DNA of 30,147 nt from Moniliella sp. 'wahieum'. Lineage: Eukaryota. A program made the translations under genes and the position numbers. Every line of letters starts with the position of its first letter. Within the stretch, counting starts at the first letter, position 1. The stretch covers positions 620,001 through 650,147 of the forward strand of contig RSEE01000034.1 in assembly GCA_003971905.1 (NCBI GenBank), given 5' to 3'. Under the pieces are notes generated by a model, which saw nothing but the letters and a program-made list of their open reading frames with translations, was not told the DNA's origin and searched no databases. Of the stretch, positions 22,422-30,147 are shown piece after piece.

Positions 22422-23594
22422 TTACAGCTCCAGCAGCCCCGGAGCCGCCAGCCCCTTCCAGCCGCGCGCCTCATAGTCGTCAAACGAAGTAAACATGGCC
22501 TGCAGCGACTGCTCCAAGCTCAGCACCGGCCTTCCCAACAGCTTCTCCGCCTTCTTGCCGTTCGTGTAGCGCACCTCACTCACATCGCTCGAGCCAGGCT
22601 TGCCCACCCGATGCGCTTCTTGAGCTCGGGCGAAAACGGCCCCGCGTGCACCAAGTCCGCGGCAAGCTGGTACGAGTAGGGGCCCCACACAGCAGGCCAG
22701 CGGTTGCCAGCCGCCGCCTCCACTTCCAGCGCACGAATGTGCAGTTCAGCGACATCCCGCACGTCCACTGCGCCCCTACGCCCTTTGAGTAGGAAGCATC
22801 GTCAGCAATCCGCCCCTTGTAAAACTCATAAAACCCTTTGGCCGAAGTGTTGAGCGACTCGGGTCCAGCCACTTGGTGGATGAGGGGCCCAATCACGAGA
22901 GTCGGGTTGACGGTAGCCAAGTCGATCGGGCTGCCCTTGAGCAATTCCCACGAAGCCTTCTCCGCCAACGACTTGGACGCCCGGTACGCTTCTGCGCCCG
23001 TCAACGACTTGGGATCCTTGGCCAGCTTGGCCGGATCCGACTCGTTCCAGTCCACATCCACATCGTACACCGTTCCGGGCGGCTTGGCAAAGTCCTGCAC
23101 TGCAGCCACCGAACTCGTCACCACCACGCTTCACTTCCTTCCCGTGCGCCAGCACCGACTTGAGAACATTCGTTGTTCCATTCAGCGCCGGGTTGACCAG
23201 CGTGTACGGGTCGCCACCGATGTCAAAGTGAAAGGCGAGCCAGTGTGGATAACAGCGGCCACGTCTGGCGAACAAGATCACAGGGCACGCAACGCGGTCA
23301 GAAGGCTGCTTTGCCGGCCACATTCGGATGCCTGTGCAGGCCTATACTAAACGTACCAGCAACCACCTTGTCAAATGCGCCAGGTGTCTCAAGGTCGTCC
23401 ACAATCGTATACCGGAACTTGCCAGGACCGTACTTGCCCTCAAAGAGCTGCTGGAGGTAGTCGCCCTTGCTGGTCGACCGCACAGTGGTCACAACCTTGT
23501 ACCCAGACCGCAGCGCCACATTCACCGTCCACGCTCCGATGAGGCCAGAGCCTGAGGTGATCAGAATTTGAGATCCTTTGGGGACAATTGGCAT
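22422..23594 (-). CDS. NAD(P)-dependent epimerase/dehydratase-type aldehyde reductase (Gre2/Ari1-like extended SDR), one intron, frameshifts
   Basis: Reads MPIVPKGSQILITSGSGLIG..GYKVVTTVRSTSKG. Intron 23356-23265. Then VIHTGSP, NPALNGTTNVL, VVTSSVAAV, catalytic YRASKSLAEKA (YxxxK), VNPTLVIGP and VDVRDVAELH. Stop TAA 22424-22422. Confidence 0.92.
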
Positions 23595-23680
23595 GGCTGG
23601 GGGGTTAGTGGTGGTTCTACTAACTGCGGGTGAGGGGCCGAGGGGGGGGTTGGCAGATGAGGACCGCATGGCCACCTGGC

Positions 23681-23687
23681 TTTTATA
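23681..23687 (-). promoter_or_regulatory. TATA box of the reductase gene
   Basis: TATAAAA on the minus strand about 87 nt upstream of ATG 23594, in an otherwise GC-rich context. Confidence 0.6.
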
Positions 23688-24257
23688 CCGCGCTTGGCCT
23701 TTTCTGTGGCGTGCGTCTTGGCAGGGTTAGTGCGTCCGTGCACGCCATGGCCACAGAGCCGTGCATGGGAGATGGGTTTGAACGATGATTCGTGACTGAT
23801 ACGAACCGGGTGGGGATGCATGACGATTGGCGTTCAACGTTCAATATTCAATTCTCCTCATCGACTATCCACCCTTCCTGCGCTATCTCGCTGTCGCCAT
23901 CCAACGTCCGAACACCGGCCCTTGTCCGAGGGTGGCCAGGCGGTGGCAGGGGATGGATGGCTCGCGGGCCTGCGTCTGACATCCAACGGGTCTAGCAGGC
24001 GGTAAACGCCGTTGGCGGCGCGTGCGTTGGGGCGTTGCAACGTAAGCAGCTAAGCAACAAGCGGAAGCCGGCGGCAGGCAGCGTGAAGCGTGATAGTCAC
24101 AGTCCGCTTGCAATTTCAACTGGTGTTCGGCCTTCTCGGTGATGCATCTAATCATCCAGGGCGCAACGTACTCAACCACCGCCCACAGCACGCCCCGCTC
24201 TCAGTTCTCCACCAGCACACGCTCGCCCCGCTCTCCACCCGCATCCGCACGCCCACC

Positions 24258-25745
24258 ATGCCGCGGCCCCCCATTGGCGCCACCTCGGCCCTGGACAATC
24301 CGGCGTCTACCAGCGCTTGCGCGAGGCACGCAAGGCCGTCGCCCAGGCGAGGCTGGGCGTGTCACGCGCGCCAGGGTCGAGGCCGCAAGTACCAGCGCGA
24401 GCAGGAAGAACAGCGGCAGGCCCCGGCTTCGCCGCCGCCGTTTCGCCCCAACGTTCGCGACATCCCCCGCTCTGCTTTCCCGTGTCTGAACGCGCCCGCG
24501 TGCGTGCCGACGATGAGTCGGCCTCACGCTATGGCCCCGTCGGTGTCTCCCTCGGCGGGTATGCTGGCTTGGTGGACGAACGGATCGAGGCGGCTCGGCC
24601 GCTGGCGCGTTCCGCAACAATGCCTTGAGAGGCAAACCCATGGAGCGCGATATTAATGAGCAAAACCCATTCCTTCGCCGGGAGGAGCTTCTGATGAATC
24701 GCATCATCCAGCGCCAGGGTGCCGCTCCCCCCTGGGTCGAGGCCAACTCGGACATCGACTTGGCCATCAACTCCTTCCGCAGCCGCTTGGCCTCTGACTG
24801 GGTCCGCCACGCCTCTCGCCTTTTGACATCGGGCCACGATGAGCTGTCGGCCCATGTTGTTGGAACACCGATGCCTGACTCGGACCCCATACCTTCTGAT
24901 GTGGTCAAGGCCTTGCCACAAACACTGGAGGGGCTCGATGTTCACGCTTTGCCCCCGCTTCCCCCACCGCCATTGTTGAAGACAACGATGCCGATCCTGA
25001 TCTGCCTCCTGATATGCGACAAAGGCATGTGCAACCTGCTTCCATCGCTGCCCTTGTGGCCCAAACCCGCAGCCCTACAGGCACTGGATGCACTCCACAC
25101 CTACTACCTCACCCGCTACATTAATTCTCTTTCTACACACCAGCCGATTTACCCTCCTGGCCTGAAAGGACAAACGATGACCGAGTCAACTCATTTGACC
25201 TCCAGCGGCCGGATCGTGTGGCGATGCTTTGGGCTCGCACCTCCTCCTTCCGCGACCCGGCTTGGGAAAAGCGTAACGAACCCATCCATGCCGTCGAGCT
25301 GTCCGACTTGAACCGAAAAATTATGCGGTACAACGCCCTGGCGCCCTTTCATGCGCGCCGAGGCCTGCTCACTCGCCCGGCCGAGGTGGAACGTGCGATG
25401 GCAGCTACCCAGGCGCGGCTCGCACTGGCGGTCAGCAATGAGCTGCGCATGATCCGATCCTCTCCTGCCGGGCAGCGTGCGCAGCAGCAGCACGACCAAG
25501 CTCGTCGCCGTTCCCAAGGGACTGGCTTGCTCACTCGGTTCACCGCCTGGCTGGATTCGGCTCCTGCGGCCACTCCATCCCAGACCTCCTCGCATTCCCC
25601 TCCGCACAAGAGCGCCGACCGCCCAGAACCAGCGCCCACATCCGACCCCACCCGCGATTCTCCATCGGTTGGCCAACCCACTGGACCACCTACCACCGCT
25701 GTGGACGCTCTGCTTTCTCGCCTACAAAGCTGGCGCCAATCGTGA
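24258..25745 (+). CDS. DUF1992 / DNAJC28-conserved-domain protein, frameshifted
   Basis: Reconstructed LVDERIEAAR..GAFRNNALRGKPMERDINEQNPFLRREELLMNRIIQRQGAAPPWVE, plus the C-terminal FRDPAWEKR..H...LSDLNRKIMRYNALAPFHARRG. Both blocks match the fungal DUF1992 pattern. Stop at 25745; start uncertain. Confidence 0.8.
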
Positions 25746-26683
25746 GTCCAATCGTCAACCTGCATCTGTACACATCACTGCTTTCCTCATATCACTTTCG
25801 ATTTCATCACTGCTTTTATGTCTTTTTTGTCACAAGGCGATGGCCATATCGTCCAGCTGTTTCCTCCCGATACGCTCTTAAGCTTCGTGTCACTGTTACC
25901 ATTGGCATAGACCCCACCACGTGCTGAAAACCGTTTTTGCTAGTGCTCTACCAACACACCACAGCTCTGCGCTTGAGCCATCGCATTGATTGTCTACATG
26001 AAGACTTCTTTAATCAGCCAAGGGGCTCTTCCACAAAATGTCTTTCAAGGAGACGTAAATATCGGGGAAAGGAATTGGCGCCTGTTAGGATCTAGAATGC
26101 TGATGGCCCTCGAGGGTGATGCTAGTAGCACACTAGTAGTTGTAGTGGTCTATAAGCCAACCAACGACACCTGCAGTGACATCAAGTAGTCAGTCTCCAC
26201 TTGGCCCGGCGAGAGAACAAAAAGAAAACTATGAAGGGGGAAATCTAGGCCTGATGTGGGGCTGAAGAGATCTTGGTCAGAAGCAACAGAAGCTTATATT
26301 AGTTCTGCGGCTCAACACTTCCCCGAGCCATGGGTCCAGCGGAAACCAATAGGCCAAACACGTCAAGAAGAGCAGGCAAACGGGCAAGGCACTGATGATG
26401 ATCTCGATGATCAGTTGGTCACAAAAATAGGATGGGTTTAACAGACCATTGATGTGCATGATGTGCATGAATCATGCACGGCATGGGTACGTGTGTGGTG
26501 CTGATCCTTCCACATGTAGATGCACATCCATTTGAACCGCTTGAAAATACGCCTTGGAGTCTACGTTCCAACTTCAATAGCTTCAACATGGCTGTGGGGT
26601 TCGTGAGTGGGACGTGCCCTTGTCTGCGCTGCCGGCGTGATTTCTCAGTCGTGGGGGCTCGCGTTTTCACGTAGGGTGGCTTG

Positions 26684-26704
26684 GCGTCACGCGTCACGCG
26701 TCAT
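26684..26704. repeat. (GCGTCAC)n heptamer array upstream of the MBOAT gene
   Basis: GCGTCAC GCGTCAC GCGTCAT, which is (TGACGCG)n on the minus strand. Confidence 0.8.
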
Positions 26705-26967
26705 CATCTTCAAGCCAGAGCCCCTACGCCCTCAACCAACATTATTGCGGCATTTGCACTGAGCTCAGTACCGATCCATCCTCTATCTCGATGCATGTGC
26801 CAGTTGTAAGATAAAGTGGGGCAATATCTGTTTAGCTTTACCCCACTGCTACGCCAATATTTGTTGGGCCCTCTTTGTTGGGAAGAGGCGCACCCAATTA
26901 GCCATATCTACTTCTTCCGCCATCCATTTCTCTCCATCCGTTGTTCCCTTCAGTTCGTCTGGTGGCG

Positions 26968-28569
26968 ATGGTTGAGACCTATTCGCAAGTGCCCTCCATG
27001 GCCCTAGGCGCCTTGTCGTCTACACTCACCGGCTCGTGGTTGGGAGCCAAGCTGGGCCTCCCTCTCACGCGGGATCCCTTTCTGTCCCTCTGGAGCCACC
27101 TGAGTCGGGCCCCCGTCCAGATGCTTGACATTCCCCCCTTTCCTCTCAACGACGCCGGGGCCGCAGCACGAAGCATTCTCTACTTTTTCATGTCCACGTC
27201 TGTGTTCTCTTACGCTGCCTACCATCTTCTGGTCCCGTACCCCTCAGCCAATGGTTCCAAGGCGATAGAGTCGCCCCCTACGAATGGGCCTTGCACTTGT
27301 GTTTATGATTTCGTTTCTTTTCTGGCCCATATACCGCGGTCGGTCGGGTGTGATGATTCTGGACTTATGGCCGCCGGGTTTGGGCTTCCGTTCGGCTTTG
27401 CTTTCTTGGGACGTCTTCGTCCTTCGTCCTGTCGATGAGGTCTACTCGTGGTCTTTTGGGAGTTTGTGGCACACCTTTGGGCTTTCCCCAGAGAGGAGGC
27501 CGATCTTGCAAAGCGAGAGAAGGCCGAAGGCAGAGTACGCACCCTCGTTGGGAGGGCCTTAAGGCCCTCCCCTTATCTGTCCTTCAATTTTTCATTCTCT
27601 TTGGAGGCCTGCTGTACTTCGTCCCAACCAAGGAGATGGTTGCTCAGATGCCCAAGCTGGCCTACCACCTCTACTCGTATTTGCTTGGATTTGACTTTCT
27701 CTTCATCCTCGTGTTGTTTGGTGACGGGATGCTCAGCCTGACGAGCATTTTACTCAATGTGGAGATGGCGCCTATGTTTGGCTCGATCAGTAAGACCACT
27801 TCCATCCAACGTTTTTGGTCCGCCTGGAACAAGCCCATCACCGTCACTCTTCATCGCGTAATTTTTTCTCGTATGACGACGGGGACGACTCCTGGTAAGA
27901 AGTCGGGCAACACTTCGCATTCCCACCTAACCACTGAGACTGAGACGGAGGATGTGCGCAAAATGAATGGGGTTAATGTACAGACACCCGTTCTATGGGC
28001 AAGAAGGAACAGAGCATACACCCTGCTGCGGCTGCAGTCTCTATCGATGCTGCCAAGCTTGCAGGCGGAAGCAAGCCTTTCTACAAGAAAGCTTTAGCTG
28101 CCATGGCTGCTTTTGTCGTCTCGGGTATATTTCATGAGTACATGACCTACTTTACCTTCGGCATCAGCGAGTTCGAGGACTTTTGGTTCTTCGTGGTCAA
28201 TGGCCTTGCTGCGTACGTCCATTCACCCATACTATGTTTGAGCTCGAGCGACTGATCCTGACATTGGCCCTACAGTGTCTTGTCTGCCTGGTTCAAGCAC
28301 AATTATCCTCAACTCAATGCCAAGATCCCAACCTGGGCAGCCTTTTTAATGCTCCACACATTCTTGGTGGCAGTGGCCCCCCTGTGTGCGTATCCACATT
28401 CAACAAAAACGAGACGCGGTACTAAGCACTCCTAACCCTTCGCATTTTTACAGTCTGTGCTCCATTCTTCCGTTCGAACTTCTTTGTGCAATTCGCCTCG
28501 CTACGATACGACATATTCCCTTTGTCGGAGGGGCCGCGAGGGGCCTTTGTACCGGTATTTGGACTCTGA
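26968..28569 (+). CDS. MBOAT-family (wax synthase-like, MBOAT_2) membrane O-acyltransferase, two introns, frameshifts
   Basis: Multiple hydrophobic segments; PMF..TTSIQRFWSAWNK; AAFVVSGIFHEY (catalytic His); FFVVNG. Introns 28213-28275 and 28386-28453 splice in frame to ..PLFCAPFFRSNFF..VPVFGL*, stop TGA 28567-28569. Confidence 0.85.
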
Positions 28570-29886
28570 CGCATAGTGTGCCAGGGGAGATGTGTGAAGT
28601 ACCACTATCCTGTGGACCACTACAGTCTATCCCGTTTCAGACCACACCCTGCTCATACCCTGATGGTCTCGTTCCCTACCGTCTCTACTTAGTGGGCCAT
28701 TTTGTTGGTCTCACCACCCCTGTCTCTTCTTCCCCACGCATCCCACAGGTCTCTCTTGGAGGAGCCTGTAGATGAACGACTGCAATGATTCTGATGAGAG
28801 ATCGCAACGCTAGACACCTCTTTGCTCGGCTGTCCCCCTAACTTGTATACTTTTCTTAACTGCTGGGATTCTCCCCCTTCCGTCCGTTGCTGAGGGAAGC
28901 AGTGTAGCTCCACCACAGCTGATACTACGGTCCCGGGACGCTAATTGGAACTATACAATAGGGAGGCTGGGTAGGACTAATAGCTGGAGCAAGTTGGGCA
29001 GCGCGGGGTGGGTAGCCCTGGAGAGTCGGTGACGGTTGATATATGTGAACGACTATATATCACCTCTATACTATAGTATCGTCTATATATTGTGAACGGT
29101 GAGGGAAGCACTACAGCTCCTCAAGGGAGTTGGTATACGTCCAAGGAGTACTAGCACGAAGTATAGACTAGGGTGATGAGGAGTACCTCTGTAACGAGTG
29201 GCGCGGCAGGGGGATGGGTCGTTGGGGGTGAGGGCCAAAGAGGGGAGGATTATAGGCTGTGTAGCGCCCAAGAGGTGATGGAGGAAGATGGGGGCGAGGG
29301 CTCTTAGTTCGGAAAGAAGCCAAGGGCGGGGGTTCTGAAGGAGGAGAAATGATGAGGGTAAATTCGCACTTTGGACTGTCGTATTTCAGTCCTATGGCGG
29401 CGGATGGTGAAAGTGGTGCAACAGGTGGATATGGGGGTTGCATTGATCTGTGGGGAGAGGAGGGAAGTCCCGCACGGGGGGAATTGAACCTTACCCCGTG
29501 ACGCGTGGTCGGAAGGCACTGCCCGGGATGGCCTGCCTTAACAACGGTATATTCCCAAGTCAACCTATGTAGGGGTCAGTACTATACGCACAATTCGGAG
29601 AGAGTCAGTCTATCCACATGCTCCAACCTTACAGGCGTGGTTTCCGTAACAGAGACGCGGCAGGGGAAGGAGGAGATGAAATGGCATATTCACATTTATT
29701 TGCCATCCTGTTTTCTTACAAGGGCATGCCCACCCCACCCATTCAGGGTTGAGACAACTTTTGACTGGAAGACCACGGGAGTGAGTTAGTTTGAGTAGCC
29801 CAAGGCTGTAGCTATCCACCCATACCACTCTCACTGTGATGCGACGCCTGGTCTTGGTGTGTCGGGGGGGTGTCAGGCATGGTGGA

Positions 29887-29978
29887 GGGTGAGGGGGGTG
29901 AGGGTTAGGGTGGGGTGGGTGAGGGGGGGAGGGTTAGGGTGGGGTGGGTGAGGGGGTGAGGGTTAGGGATGGGGGGGT
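29887..29978 (+). repeat. Subtelomeric G-rich higher-order repeat (about 30-bp unit x3) containing TTAGGG/TGAGGG variants
   Basis: Unit GGGTGAGGGGGGTGAGGGTTAGGGTGGGGT at 29887-29916, 29917-29945 and 29946-29978. Confidence 0.88.
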
Positions 29979-30114
29979 GTAACTTTTGAACGGGTGGTCC
30001 AATCGAAAAACGGAGGGCATATGCTGCATAGAGCGGACGATTTCGTAGCGAGCTATCGCCTCGGCATAACTCTCTCCCCTTCGGGTAGCTCGCTATCTAC
30101 CCTCGGCCCTCCCC

Positions 30115-30147
30115 TAGGGTTAGGGTTAGGGTTAGGGTTAGGGTTGG
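30115..30147 (+). repeat. Telomeric repeat (TTAGGG)n, probable chromosome end
   Basis: TAGGG + 4x TTAGGG + TTGG at the extreme 3' end, with the G-rich strand running 5'->3' toward the end as expected for a right telomere. Confidence 0.85.

Noticed and set aside
25986..26441. Small ORFs between the DUF1992 and MBOAT genes
   Set aside because: Non-ATG starts, short, no motifs or splice support.
22422..28569. Reductase + acyltransferase + nearby transcription factors as a secondary-metabolite cluster
   Set aside because: There is no backbone enzyme (PKS, NRPS, terpene synthase) or transporter, and the genes are interleaved with unrelated housekeeping-type genes.
28791..28830. CTGATGA, a possible hammerhead ribozyme core near the telomere
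   Set aside because: It is followed by GAGATCGCAA rather than stem II + GAAA, and no stems I/III could be built. The same applies to CTGATGA at about 9907 and 26392.

Overview
This is eukaryotic, GC-rich fungal DNA ending in a (TTAGGG)n tract, so it is probably the right end of a chromosome. Introns are short GT..CTRAY..YAG types of about 55-135 nt, and the RAD51, SGF29 and MBOAT wording looks basidiomycete-like, though that assignment is inference. About 13-14 protein-coding genes are present, in order: a 5' partial gene, an ALKBH8-like RRM-AlkB-Zn protein, a FAD-dependent oxidoreductase, mitochondrial ribosomal L12 head-to-head with RAD51, SGF29, a Loc1-like protein, a 60-aa orphan ORF, a Zn2Cys6 factor, a coiled-coil/low-complexity gene, a C2H2 factor, a Gre2-like NAD(P) reductase, a DUF1992 protein and an MBOAT wax-synthase-like acyltransferase. 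A subtelomere of only about 1.5 kb follows. Almost every gene, including conserved housekeeping ones, is broken by 1-2 nt indels. This most likely reflects long-read consensus error, so gene coordinates are manual reconstructions. The most distinctive unexplained signal is a family of 7-bp-period intergenic arrays of the form (TGA + 4-bp palindrome)n found in most gene boundaries. Also notable are the methyltransferase-less ALKBH8 with a Cys-rich/DLEDL leader, and the structured telomere junction (variant ~30-bp G-rich array, hairpin spacer, then canonical repeats). No prokaryotic-type system, CRISPR array, rRNA or tRNA was recognised.
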